A DNA stretch of 38,578 nucleotides from Trichomonas gallinae (taxonomy: Eukaryota): positions 1-38,578 of the forward strand of contig MRSU01006937.1 of the NCBI GenBank assembly GCA_008369845.1, written 5' to 3'. The translations under genes and the position numbers were made by a program. Under the pieces are notes generated by a model. It made no database searches, had not been told where the DNA came from, and saw nothing but the letters and a program-made list of their open reading frames with translations. Position 1 is the first letter of the stretch. Each line of letters starts with the position of its first letter. Below are positions 20,248-31,648 of this stretch, in pieces.

Positions 20248-20936
20248 ACTTTTTCTTGTGATCAAATTAACATAAACGACTCTCTTGTAAAGAAATATAT
20301 TGATATTTACCATATGGCATTGGATATATAGATAAATAATGCTAAAGTTATACTTTTTATTCATTGACTTTTTGTTGATATAAACATAAAATTTTAAAAA
20401 TGTAGCATATGTCAGCTATTTTATGATGCAAAAATGTTTTACTTTTATTATTCGTCTATGTTACTGATTTATTTTCTGCAAATAATAACTTTTTAAAAAT
20501 GATTTTACGAAAACAATAAAAGAATCAAGAAAAATCCTTAATTGATTCGACATCAATTCTTTCAATTTCATAAGAGAGGTTTTTTCTTTCTATATAAATT
20601 TAGTACATATGTATTGAGTGGAGGCTATATTTTCAATTTGGTGACAAAATTCTGGAAAATTGAGATTTTGATTTATTATTCAATTGCCCATCTATAGCTA
20701 TGGATATAGTGTTAGCATAACAATATATTGCTTCCATTGAAATATTCTCTTCATTTGATTACCACTGAGAAAAAGAATAAATCTTGTCTTGAATGTAAAT
20801 AACATCATAATACATAATATTATATGAATGCAATTCATTTCTATCATCAAAATGCTCCAAATTACGATAGATATCGAGAAATATCAAATTTGACATCAAA
20901 ATATGACATGTAAACATAACCTTATATTATTTTCCA

Positions 20937-22145
20937 ATGTTGTTTTCGCCCACATGGGAAGCAATGGGTGAACATTTCGAAAGATACTATTCTGATGATA
21001 GCTTCATACAGCACAGAACTCCTGATGAGATATGCCTGATTCTTCAACATGCAAAATTAACAAAACCTCAATTTTGCACATTTTTTCAACTATTTTCCGA
21101 AAGATACGATAAAAATAAGGCATTTGAAGCAATGCAACAGGCATCTTTAAATGATAGCTTAAGTTTAAGCGAAGCATTAAATATTCTCGAGTCTACATCA
21201 AAAATTCTCGATTTGTCTTTTATAAAACAAATAGTTTCGATTATTAAAAGCACTCCATTGCAATATTGTCCAGGCAATACTGAACAAAAAAATAATATTA
21301 ATTCAAATCATCAATTTTCATTTTTTAAACCACAAGATATTACAATATACAACGATTTAAGCGATTACATTTTAGATTTAACTGAAGAAAATGATGAAGA
21401 AGATTATCCAAATTCCGACGCCGACGAAGATATACCCGAAATACCTTGGCCAAATAGTCGTAGACAGCATTTTATTCCACAATTTCCACCGCTTCCAACA
21501 AATGAAAATTCTAACGAAAATGAAACAAAACAAACACAATCAGTTATACGACCAAAATTCAGACAACAATTATTCACATCTAGCGATGACGATGATGCGT
21601 CATGGGAAAACTCCGAAGTAAATTGGAGAATATTCCATGGAAATAGTGGTCTTCCCAATCCTTTCACGAAACAGAAAGAAGCAGCATTAAACATCCTTTC
21701 GCAACAAACAAATAACGAAAATAAATTTAAATACGACATTTCGAAAATTCCAGGCTTCGATGATTTTCTAGAAGAGTCACGCAAGAAGCTTATTAAAGAA
21801 ATCAGACCAAAAACAGAAGGTGAACAAAATTCTCAAAAACCAAACAAAATGCCAGATCTAGATGAACCAATACCAATGTTTTACGGACCAAATAATTATC
21901 CAATGCCACCTATGGACGAAAAAGCTTTCAATCAAGAAAATAAAAAAATTATGCAACCTGTACAAAAGAAATCAGCAAACAAACGAAAAATACACAGTGA
22001 CCACGCTAAAAGGTTCCAACAAGCAATAAAAAATGTAAATAAAAAATTTATAGAAAGACAAGAGCAATGGGCAAACAAAATGGCAGCAGAAGCCGACAAG
22101 CTCAAAAAGAAATACAAAAGACCGTCTGGTAGTTCCGACGACTGA
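20937..22145 (+). CDS. Hypothetical protein with helical N-terminal domain and low-complexity C-terminus
   Basis: 402-aa ORF. The first ~105 aa resemble from memory the N-terminal module of trichomonad ankyrin-repeat proteins, but no ankyrin repeats follow. Confidence 0.8.
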   Translation: MLFSPTWEAMGEHFERYYSDDSFIQHRTPDEICLILQHAKLTKPQFCTFFQLFSERYDKNKAFEAMQQASLNDSLSLSEALNILESTSKILDLSFIKQIVSIIKSTPLQYCPGNTEQKNNINSNHQFSFFKPQDITIYNDLSDYILDLTEENDEEDYPNSDADEDIPEIPWPNSRRQHFIPQFPPLPTNENSNENETKQTQSVIRPKFRQQLFTSSDDDDASWENSEVNWRIFHGNSGLPNPFTKQKEAALNILSQQTNNENKFKYDISKIPGFDDFLEESRKKLIKEIRPKTEGEQNSQKPNKMPDLDEPIPMFYGPNNYPMPPMDEKAFNQENKKIMQPVQKKSANKRKIHSDHAKRFQQAIKNVNKKFIERQEQWANKMAAEADKLKKKYKRPSGSSDD

Positions 22146-22569
22146 TTTGATTTCTAATTATTAATTTGTTTTTGTTATGTATATTAATAATGTACTATTC
22201 ATTAGTTTTTTCCTATAAAGTTGGAGTATATCCATATAATTTCAATATTGCAAATATAAAATACAAATAATTGTTATTAATTCTCTTGTTACAACGTATA
22301 TATTTGATACAAAACAATAATTATTTATAATAACAACAAAAAATTAATAATTAATTTTTTTGCAACGCAAACTTATAATTTTTCAGCCCGTATCAGAGAG
22401 TTTCTTTGTGTATAATGCATACCATCATATAATTTTTGGATTTTTTGATCTTTTTTTGTGAAATGAATAAATATCGAAATTGGATGGTGAAATGCTGACA
22501 TGGTCGATATGTAGCTGAGATAAATGACTTGTTAATGGCAGATTTTGATTTATTTGAGGAATAAAATTA

Positions 22570-24000
22570 TTAGAATTTTGCAGCTTTGGTTAATACAGAT
22601 CTTCTCTTTGCAGCTGCTTTTCCCAAAGGTTTTATGGTAATTTTTGGATTCCTGGCCACGCATTTGTAAACATTATATCTTTTCGTTGTTCTTGGCGTAA
22701 TTGTTGACTCCGGAGGCGCAGAAGCAGGAGACTGTGGCAGTGGAGGCAAAGGCTTTCGCTTCTTAAGCTCGGCTAAACTGTTTCTCAGTTTTGCCAATCT
22801 ATTTTCGATTGTTTCTGTTTTAACCTTTTGTTCTCTTTCTATGTCTTTTATTTCTCTCTGCGCGAGTTCATCGAATGCTGCGAGTTCTCTCTGGTGCTTC
22901 ATCATGAGCCTGTCTTGCTCCCTCTCCATCGACTGCTCCGCCTTTTCTTGCGCTGTCTCTGATTCGGAGGCTTCAAGTAGTTCGATTCTTTGTCTTGTTT
23001 CTTCTGCTGCGAGAAAATCCCTTCCTCCAACCAAAGCTCTTTCTACTGTCCGAAGCTTCATCAGCTCGTTCGATGGCTTGGCGAATTTCTTCAGGAAGTC
23101 TTCGTTGTTCCATCTTTGCTCGAAATCATCGAGTTCTGTCACTTGGTGACTTTTTAGCTGATTTCTTTTCTCTTGGTTGACTTTCATCTTGCGTTTGAGC
23201 ATATCTTCTGTCTCTTTGAGTGTGTCTGCGAGATTTTGCTCAGCTTCTTGTATTTTTTCCTCGTAATGTTGAATTCTTTCTAAATGCGCAGATTCTGTGT
23301 CTTCTGCAACAATTCCGCTGGTGATTTTTTGAATGTCATCTTGAGCTTCTTTGGCTTCACCATATTTCAGCTTAACTAATGCGTTAACTTTCTGTCTTTC
23401 TAGATATTGTAGAACTTTTTGTCTTAAATGGAAAGCTGGTAGTACACCTTTATCATGGAAGGCTTGCAATGCTTTCGTAACTTCATCCAAGTCTTTTGCT
23501 GGCGTTTCAAGCGGCTGAAGTGTATTTAAGTCAAGTGTCATGTTTAGAGCACATTCAGGTATAAGATTTACATCATCGACAACATTAAAACCTGCAACAC
23601 CGTAATCTGAGTCGATATTTCCTGGTGATTCAAAACTTGATTTAACAGGTTCATTTTGCGACATTTTGTCAACAGTATCAGGTATATTTTCTTCGTTGTT
23701 TTCATCGTCTTCGTCATTTTCTCGTTTTTCGGTATTATTTGGTAAGATTTCATTATTAAAGACGTTTATGCTCATATTTTCCTGTTTTTCATAAGTTTGC
23801 TTATTGAATTGATCAGTAGATTGATTATTTTGATTCTCTTCGGCTGTTTCTTGATTTTCGTTCGATTCATGTTGATTTTGTTCTTCTTCGTTGTTGCGAT
23901 ATTCATTTTCATCGACATCCAGCCTCTCGTTGCTCAATTCTTTAGCGAGAGCGTCCGAAACGCCGGTGAGGGAGTAAAAATCCCCTCCATCGGCATTCAT
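22570..24000 (-). CDS. Hypothetical coiled-coil protein with acidic N/E-rich N-terminus
   Basis: 476-aa ORF. Long helical region containing W..EDFLKKFAKPSNELMKLR..E, followed by a Pro-rich and basic tail. Confidence 0.88.
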   Translation of the reverse strand: MNADGGDFYSLTGVSDALAKELSNERLDVDENEYRNNEEEQNQHESNENQETAEENQNNQSTDQFNKQTYEKQENMSINVFNNEILPNNTEKRENDEDDENNEENIPDTVDKMSQNEPVKSSFESPGNIDSDYGVAGFNVVDDVNLIPECALNMTLDLNTLQPLETPAKDLDEVTKALQAFHDKGVLPAFHLRQKVLQYLERQKVNALVKLKYGEAKEAQDDIQKITSGIVAEDTESAHLERIQHYEEKIQEAEQNLADTLKETEDMLKRKMKVNQEKRNQLKSHQVTELDDFEQRWNNEDFLKKFAKPSNELMKLRTVERALVGGRDFLAAEETRQRIELLEASESETAQEKAEQSMEREQDRLMMKHQRELAAFDELAQREIKDIEREQKVKTETIENRLAKLRNSLAELKKRKPLPPLPQSPASAPPESTITPRTTKRYNVYKCVARNPKITIKPLGKAAAKRRSVLTKAAKF

Positions 24001-24455
24001 TCAATTTTTTCTTACGAAAAAACGAATTATTTTTGTCGTGTAAAATATTTACTTGTCAAAAATTATTATATAACCCCGACAATAAGGTGAAATGTAAAGT
24101 GCCAAATTTACATGTAAAGTGTCATATTTTTATATGTAATGTCATGCAATTCTTAGGTTGTCTCCCTAGCTTTATTCCACTAAGCATTTCACATAATTCC
24201 GCATATTTAGAAATTGATAAAGAAAATAGCATACATTACCAATGTAAAATGCATGCCGAGAAAAAGTGATTTTTAATTGACTCTATCTCTCAATGCAATG
24301 ACTTTTACTCTATGAATATTATAAAAATACAAAGATAACGATATACTACTATTATTATAATGACGATTTACTAGTTAATAAACATACATGAGCTCGATAT
24401 TGTAGGTACAATTATGTAAAATAAACATGGAATTTACTATACATACATATATTAT

Positions 24456-25547
24456 CTATTCCAATCTTGAAGATGAAGGTGCAGATGGGTTTGAAGAAAA
24501 AATCAATCTTTTTGCGCCTTGGCGAAATGTAGATCCCTTGGAAACTCTTATACCACTGAGAAATTGGTTCCTTCCACTGGAAGATCTCGCAAATCCGCCA
24601 ATTTTGAAAGAATTTATCTCACCTGATGTTTTCTGAAGAGATGCTATCTCTAAATTCATCTGTCTGCGCTTCATGATCTTTGATCTCACGTCATCTTGCT
24701 GGCTTTCCCACTTCTCTGATGAATTGAAATCATCTTCCAAGATATAGGAATTATTATATGAAGAGGCCCATGGAATTGTTGCTGCTTCACTAGCAGATGG
24801 CCGCAATTCTGGGTCTTTATTAAGTAATGATTTTATCACGGTAATAACTTGCGTACTTGCAATTGCAGGATAAAATGGATCTCGATTTACGATTTTTGCG
24901 GTCAAAAGCTGTAAGTTGTCATCTCCAAATGGGAGGGAATTAAATGCTAATGCATACAATATAATACCCAAACTCCACATATCAATTTTGTAAGTATAAG
25001 GGCGTCCTAATAACATTTCTGGGGCGGAATATGATGGAGAACCGCACTTTGTTTGGAACATTGATGTGTTTTGAGCTAATTGATTGCTTAGACCGAAATC
25101 GAGTAATCTTATGTTAAGATTTTTATCAATCATTATATTTTCGAGCTTTAAATCTCTGTGGACGATATTTAAAGAATTGTGAAGATAAAGCAAAGCGGAA
25201 ACAAGTTCGCAGAATATGTGTTTTATCTTGTGATCTGGTATTTTCGTCTGTCCTTTGATGTAATCGAGTAATGTCTGACCCTCTACGTATTCCATGATGA
25301 TATATAGATCTTCGGGATCTTCTATAACTTCGTAGAGTGTAACAATAAATGGATGATGGATTTTCATCATTAAATCGTACTCTCTGCGCACGTCAACCTT
25401 ATGTTCTTTTTTTTTGATAATCTTGATTGCAACTTTTTCATTGGTGGGCTCATGCACTCCGATATATACTTTGCCGAAAGTGCCTGAAGCTATGTGCTCA
25501 TCGATTGAATAGTTTCCTACTTTCGTTTGCATGGTAACAAATGTCAT
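24456..25547 (-). CDS. CAMK-group Ser/Thr kinase, SNF1/AMPK/MARK-like
   Basis: SGTFGKV, VAIK, HRDLKLEN, DFG, activation loop QTKCGSPSYSAPE and DMWSLG. This is a canonical RD kinase. Confidence 0.95.
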   Translation of the reverse strand: MTFVTMQTKVGNYSIDEHIASGTFGKVYIGVHEPTNEKVAIKIIKKKEHKVDVRREYDLMMKIHHPFIVTLYEVIEDPEDLYIIMEYVEGQTLLDYIKGQTKIPDHKIKHIFCELVSALLYLHNSLNIVHRDLKLENIMIDKNLNIRLLDFGLSNQLAQNTSMFQTKCGSPSYSAPEMLLGRPYTYKIDMWSLGIILYALAFNSLPFGDDNLQLLTAKIVNRDPFYPAIASTQVITVIKSLLNKDPELRPSASEAATIPWASSYNNSYILEDDFNSSEKWESQQDDVRSKIMKRRQMNLEIASLQKTSGEINSFKIGGFARSSSGRNQFLSGIRVSKGSTFRQGAKRLIFSSNPSAPSSSRLE

Positions 25548-26561
25548 TTTTTTTGCTATAAATTTTTTTCTTACCTAATAGATGATGTTTAGTAAGTTAA
25601 AATCAACGGAAATTTTTTGACGAATTTTTTCAGAGAAAATTGAATCCAAGCAGAATAAATACTCACATTTATGGTATACTATATTATATTTCGACAAAAT
25701 AAACATGCAAGATCGTTTTATTTTTTATTTGAAAACTCATACAAAAATAGTTTATACAAAACAGTGTTATTTTCATCAGCATAATGAAATTAACGTGTGC
25801 GGACATTTTTGTTTCAAAACTTAAAAGTTTGATATTTAATTACTACATGATTTGCACTAATTTTCAGAATTCTCTGACCATTTTTTTTCAATTTGTGTGA
25901 ATTCTAATTGAAAATATTAAATTCAATGTGAGGATTTTTTATTTTTCTCCTTTATTTTTTTCATGTACAATGAAATACAGATCGAACATTTTAGTCCAAC
26001 AAAAAAATATTTTCAATCCTTTCAAATGTGAATGTGTATTAATAATCTTTGCTTTGTATATAGATCCTTGCCTATGATATTTTCATTTTGGCTAGACAGA
26101 TTATATTTATTCCGATTTACAACGTAAAATTTTAAAATTACATGTTTATTTTTACCTAGGATATAAACGGAAGGCATTCCGTGAAGCTATCTCATTATGA
26201 CATACATATTAGTTTATTCCAATTTCTTCCATGAATTCGTTATTCCGATTCAATATCTTTCTGCCAATAAAAATATCTAATTTCTCCTATTGTACCACAT
26301 ATACCTCCAAGTTTGCAGCAAAATAACCAAAGAACAAACATTTTGTGGGACATTCAAAATTAGTTTATTATATTTATCGTTTAAATAATTGTTTTCACCA
26401 TATATAACCATGCTATGAGTTGTATTGAGCAATATCTCAACTTGTCCCATGCCAAATATTATAATTAATTTTTCAATAATTTTCCAACTTTATAATCAAG
26501 ATTTAACAAATACATAATATAAAACATGACATATATTCATGAATAGTCATAGCACATATGA

Positions 26562-28016
26562 TCAATCCAGTAATGGATCCAGTGCAGACTTTAATTTTTG
26601 GTCAATATCAATGACATTTGGCATTTCCATATTAGGAATTTGCGCAAAGTAGTCTTCAAGATTATTAATTGCAAACTTTGGAGCTTCATTCCTAATTTGA
26701 TAAAATTGACAATTGGTTATTTTCGCCCATCCATTGGAAATTGTACAATCAGAATATCCGTTTTGTTGATATTCAATTATACTTGAATTCGGATTCAGGA
26801 AAATCGAATAAGCGAGATTTTCGATATTTGTGCCGATAAAGATTTTACATTTGGAAACAACTTTTGCAACTAGTTCAAGTGGTTGTTCATGATAGATTAC
26901 GTCAATTTTTGCACTCGGATACAATTTCTTTATCGTTGGGACTAAATGCGAAATTTCATGAACAACAGCAATATGACCTTTCTTTGCTTGTTTTGTTTCG
27001 TATTTCTTGCGTATTTCATCCACCAAATTCGGCTTAAAGTTGAAAATTTCTTCAAAATGTTTTGCGTGCCTTTGGAATTGGGCACTTGTCTGGTTTCCAT
27101 TATATCTAACTGACTGAGAGCTGCTGAGAACAACTCCGTAATCATAACAAATCGTATCATTTGGCATTCTAATTTTTCCATTGAAAAGTTTTTCCACGAT
27201 TTTAACCAAATTTGTTTGATTCTTAGTAAGTATAACTTCCTGGTTATGTACATTATAGGCTGCTGTGTTATAAATCAAAGGAATTATTAAATCATAAATG
27301 ATTTCATAACCAAGCTTAGGATTGTTATCGATCATGATAACTTTAGGTTCTATATTTGAATTTCCTCCCAAGAATGGTATCTTATAGAAATAAGACTTGG
27401 CACCATAGTTATTTGAATTCAAAATTATTGATGATGTGTTTGAAGTGTAAATTCTTGTAGGATTGAATTTACTGGATACAAACAAAGTTATTGATTCATG
27501 CTCCCAGCAACTATTTGCTATAAATATTGTTGAAAATGGCTTATCGATAACTCTAGTCCATCCAATCGAGTAAACTTCTGGTACATCGATATTAATAATG
27601 TTTGATGATAGTACAAATCTACCGCATTGAAGCGTAACGTAAGAATTTCCAGCATACGGATGTAAAATATTGAAAAACATGGATGAAACTGAACTTGTTG
27701 TATCCCAAAACTGGGACATATTGTATGTTGCATATATAGTACCTGTTATAACATGAATTTGAATCATGCTCATCGCAGATTCGCGTGGAAATTGATTGAA
27801 CTTACCCACATCAATCGAAAAAGAGATTCTAGAATTCCAGTTAGATATATTGGTAAGTTTTATCATTGGACAGTCGATATTGTAAATTTCATTTGTTGTA
27901 GGGAGTGAAGGAGGATCATTATCAGTTGCCAATTGCGAAATAGCAAATAAAATAGAAATAAAAAGGGCAATTGTAACCCCAGAATAGCGTAGCAACCAAT
28001 AATGAGCAAATTCCAT
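26562..28016 (-). CDS. Type II membrane protein with degenerate glycosyltransferase family 61 (DUF563)-like C-terminal domain
   Basis: N-terminal TM (VTIALFISILFAI). VSKCKIFIGTNIENLAYSIFLNPNSSIIEY matches the GT61 pattern ..vlvGvHGagLtn.lFl.pg..viE. The CDS is secure; the family call is moderate. Confidence 0.7.
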   Translation of the reverse strand: MEFAHYWLLRYSGVTIALFISILFAISQLATDNDPPSLPTTNEIYNIDCPMIKLTNISNWNSRISFSIDVGKFNQFPRESAMSMIQIHVITGTIYATYNMSQFWDTTSSVSSMFFNILHPYAGNSYVTLQCGRFVLSSNIINIDVPEVYSIGWTRVIDKPFSTIFIANSCWEHESITLFVSSKFNPTRIYTSNTSSIILNSNNYGAKSYFYKIPFLGGNSNIEPKVIMIDNNPKLGYEIIYDLIIPLIYNTAAYNVHNQEVILTKNQTNLVKIVEKLFNGKIRMPNDTICYDYGVVLSSSQSVRYNGNQTSAQFQRHAKHFEEIFNFKPNLVDEIRKKYETKQAKKGHIAVVHEISHLVPTIKKLYPSAKIDVIYHEQPLELVAKVVSKCKIFIGTNIENLAYSIFLNPNSSIIEYQQNGYSDCTISNGWAKITNCQFYQIRNEAPKFAINNLEDYFAQIPNMEMPNVIDIDQKLKSALDPLLD

Positions 28017-29063
28017 ATTTTAAATTTGACATGTAGAGAATATACTTGTCAAATTAATATTCACATCTTTTTCTGGCATAGTTGGATTGAAGTTGATTTA
28101 TTTTCAACGTTGCTACATTTTTACAGATCAAAATATACGATTTGGTATTAGTTAAAAGGCAAAAATATCATAGGATTGAAGTAGTTCAATTTTGAATTCA
28201 TTAAATTTATAGATAATAAATGAGTTTAATCATATATTTTGAGTAGATAAATCTATTAATGTCGATATGTAGTAACTGTTATGTCTGAAATCAAGATTTG
28301 AAGAAAAATTAATTTTTTGTCATTGATTGAATATGAATGAGAGAAATAATTCATTCTACAATGTAGAGATGATGCAAATGGAACTTCTTTACTGCTAAAA
28401 TCCAATGAACTACGGTTTGTAACAAAAGAAGCTCTGAATACTATGTAATTTATTACATTTTTGTGAGGAATCAGCCCATATCGATTCCGATAACCAACAC
28501 AATAAATGGTGGATTCATTAATGATTTTTAATTCATTTGCCAATTTTTCCAAATAACAAATTGTTTTTAAAACGATCGAATATCAACAAATTACGCATAA
28601 AATGTCACCAAAGCCAGCAGAAGTTCATAAATTGATGAATTTAGCAAATATTTGAAAGAGATCTACAAAATTTCAAAACGTTATTTTATATTTCTGAGCT
28701 ATACAATTTAAGTCAATGATATACTACTTGAATGTATTAATCCAATATTTCATTTTCGAGAATGAATTGAATTGAAAAATCGTGAATATTTCGCATCCGA
28801 TATATCCATATTATCTAAAAACGACGAAATTTTGGATTATTTTTTCAATGATGATATCGAAATTGAATTTTCAAAAAATCATAAATTTTTATTGTATCTA
28901 TTTCACTGATCATATCTGTCATTTTTCTTTAACATTCAATTTGGTTCATTCAATTTTAATCGTCAAAATTTTAAATAAATTACTCCATTTTTCTTATAGA
29001 AATATAATGCATAATTTTTTAAAAAATTCATTACATATTGAAAATAAAAAAATTCAAATAACA

Positions 29064-30053
29064 ATGAAGGAAGACGAAATATTGTTTTTTGAGCAGAAAG
29101 GCATATATTTCCAGGATGTTATCGCACAAGGAGGATATGGTGTTGTCTATAAAGTGTTTTGCAAACAATATAATAGCGTTTTCGCATTAAAGATGATACC
29201 GGAAGAAATGTTCAGCCAATCAGAGATCGACTGCTTGATTCTTATAGATGATCCTAAGATAGTTAATTTGTACAGATATTATAGGTACAATGGCCATGTT
29301 TATATGTTAATGGAATATTGTCCAAACGATTTAAACAAGTTAATGAAGTCTAGGCGACATATAGTTGATTATGAACTGCAACAGTATGTGACTGATGTGG
29401 TTTTAGCTGTCAAAGCTTGCCACGACAAACAAATCGCGCATTCTGATATAAAACCAAGCAATTTCTTCATCGATAAGTACAACCGAGTTAAAATTGGTGA
29501 TTTTGGACTTTCTAAAATATACAAAGACAAGCCCGTGACTTCTCTGCTTGAAGGAACGCAATTATTTATGGCGCCAGAAATTTTCACCGAGAATCAATAT
29601 AATCCTATGTTATCTGATATTTGGGCTATTGGAATAACAATATATTTCATGGCCACTCATCTTTATCCATTTTATTCCAAAGATCGAGAAATTTTATTGG
29701 AAAAAATTCAAAGTGGCATTTATTCAGATGACTGCATAGATGATAAGCAGCTCTGCAAAGTAATTTCCTCGTGTCTCAAAGTAAATCCCGAAGAAAGATT
29801 GACAATTATTGAATTACTGGAATTACCTTATTTCCAAAGGAATGATTCCAGCTCAGATGAAAATATACCACTTTCATTGGCGTCAGATCCATTATCAAAA
29901 AGTCATCAAGTATTTACGAAACAAAGCAACAAAGCACTTGTTAGAAAAGGCAGTATTTGCCTACAAGATCAGATGGTATATCAGTCATTGCGAGGCACAA
30001 GACTTAGACTAATTCATCCTTTGTCCAAATCTGAAGAAAGATTCAGATTGTAA
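29064..30053 (+). CDS. Ser/Thr protein kinase, CAMK-type, non-RD (paralog 4)
   Basis: IAQGGYG, FALK, HSDIKPSN, DFG and FMAPE motifs. The ATG at 29064 (MKEDEILFFEQKG) aligns with the three paralogs. The 94-codon upstream extension in the track starts at GTG and looks like AT-rich non-coding sequence. Confidence 0.95.
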   Translation: MKEDEILFFEQKGIYFQDVIAQGGYGVVYKVFCKQYNSVFALKMIPEEMFSQSEIDCLILIDDPKIVNLYRYYRYNGHVYMLMEYCPNDLNKLMKSRRHIVDYELQQYVTDVVLAVKACHDKQIAHSDIKPSNFFIDKYNRVKIGDFGLSKIYKDKPVTSLLEGTQLFMAPEIFTENQYNPMLSDIWAIGITIYFMATHLYPFYSKDREILLEKIQSGIYSDDCIDDKQLCKVISSCLKVNPEERLTIIELLELPYFQRNDSSSDENIPLSLASDPLSKSHQVFTKQSNKALVRKGSICLQDQMVYQSLRGTRLRLIHPLSKSEERFRL

Positions 30054-30495
30054 ATCTTATATGATTTTATTGTATTGTAGTTTGTAAAATTGTTTTTTAA
30101 GATTTGGAAAAGGTATTGAGATCGGTAACAAAGGCTAAAATTTTTTTAATGAATGAATGATTATTTTTAAATTTTTAATATCACGCTTGATTATGTTCTA
30201 CGAGTTATATTTGGACAATTGATGTTATAAGACAATGAATTTATAGAATAATTCATTATTTATATTTATATTTGATTTTGAATTGCTAATTAATGAAAAC
30301 TTATGAGGTATTATGATGTATATTGAAAAATATGAATGTTTTTAGCCCATTTTATGAATATGTCATGTAAAAAATGTAAAGTCAAAAATGGCTAAATCAA
30401 ATTATAATCATTACAGCACAATATAGCTGAATATCAATTTTATTTTGACTTTCTCAAATTTTAGTATCATTTTTTTCTTATTTTGAGTGTTTTCT

Positions 30496-31543
30496 ATGTT
30501 GAATAATCTAGATATTACTCATACATACTTACAATCATGAACATTACCATATTTTAAGCATACGTGAGGCTTGGAGCACCTATTATTCGCCTCAAGATAA
30601 TTATCAATTTAAATTTTATGAAAGATCAAGGCTTGAGGCATTATCTGATGGCTATTATATCAGATATTGCATATTTAATAGTATGAAAAATAGCGGAATT
30701 CGCTTTAATAATGATAATACATCACCAAAAATGTTATTAGAAGATTCATCATTTCTAAATTGTTCAAATTCAGAACATGGTGGATCATTATATTATAATT
30801 CCACTGGTGAATGCGTTCAATCACGTGTTTGTTATTATCGATCTTTTTTAAGTAACAATTCGGGTGAAATAAATGGAATTTCATGCTATATTTTTACAAA
30901 AAAAGATCCCAGCATGAAAAATTACATGTTTCAAACTTCATTCTTTTCATGTGGATCTGATCAGTACAATGGAGTGTTCAATGCATGGCTTGCTTATGGG
31001 GAAACTATTTGTAAAGATTGGAATAGCACACATAACAGGGCAAAATATCGCGCCGTAATACAGTTTGATATAATTTCGAATACATCTATAAAGTTTACCT
31101 ATTCTTGTAATAACAATCAAACAAACAATCAGTTAATAAGAGTAAATGTTTTAGACCAAAAAGTGAAGACAACATTTATGTATGGTGATGTGATAAACAA
31201 TAAATTATCTGATAAAATATATAATAATGTGTTTTCTATTCGATGTAATGGGCTTGTAGATCATTGCTGCTTTTTAAATAATACACCTACATCCATGTTT
31301 GGCTGCGAACCTACTTATGTAGTCACAGTGAATAACTCTTTCTTTGATTCAGCGACACTTTATAAAGCATATCCATGCGGAACATATTTGTTTTTCAATA
31401 ACTTAACAATTCCATTTAATAATTATTTGGTTTCTGTCAATAAATACCCATGCATTCAATATTATGCACCACCTTCAGATATAACACGTGAATGTTGTGA
31501 CTGTGAAGCAGCCGTTTTCATAGCTGCTGTTTACTGCGACTAA
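30496..31543 (+). pseudogene. Cys/Asn-rich pectin-lyase-like (beta-helix-type) hypothetical gene with apparent 5' frameshift
   Basis: The frame of ORF 30683-31543 stays open upstream to 30512 (ILLIHTYNHEHYHILSIREAWSTYY...YYIRYCIFNS), preceded by TAG at 30509-30511. The ATG at 30496 is one base out of frame. The motif FLNCSNSEHGGSLYY is present. It could instead be an intact CDS from 30683 or a sequencing error. Confidence 0.6.
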
Positions 31544-31648
31544 AATATATGATTTACACCTCTGATATTTTTTAATGTCAGACAGCTTACATTAATGCTT
31601 TAAAACTTTTATGAAATTTTTATAATTGCTTACTAGTTTTTCAAAATT

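Noticed and set aside
24335..24343. ATAACGATA, matching a T. vaginalis Myb recognition element
   Set aside because: A single AT-rich 9-mer over 300 bp from the nearest start codon could easily occur by chance.
28256..28660. Minus-strand 98-aa ORF and nearby AGFGDIL peptide as a gene relic
   Set aside because: The start is TTG, there are several stops upstream and I recognise no family; it cannot be supported without a search.
28782..29063. 94-aa N-terminal extension of kinase 4
   Set aside because: It starts at GTG, has AT-rich I/F/K/N composition and is absent from the three paralogs.
30487..30511. Possible 25-nt GT...AG intron explaining the frameshift
   Set aside because: There is no CTAAC branch motif of trichomonad introns and no upstream ATG-bearing exon.
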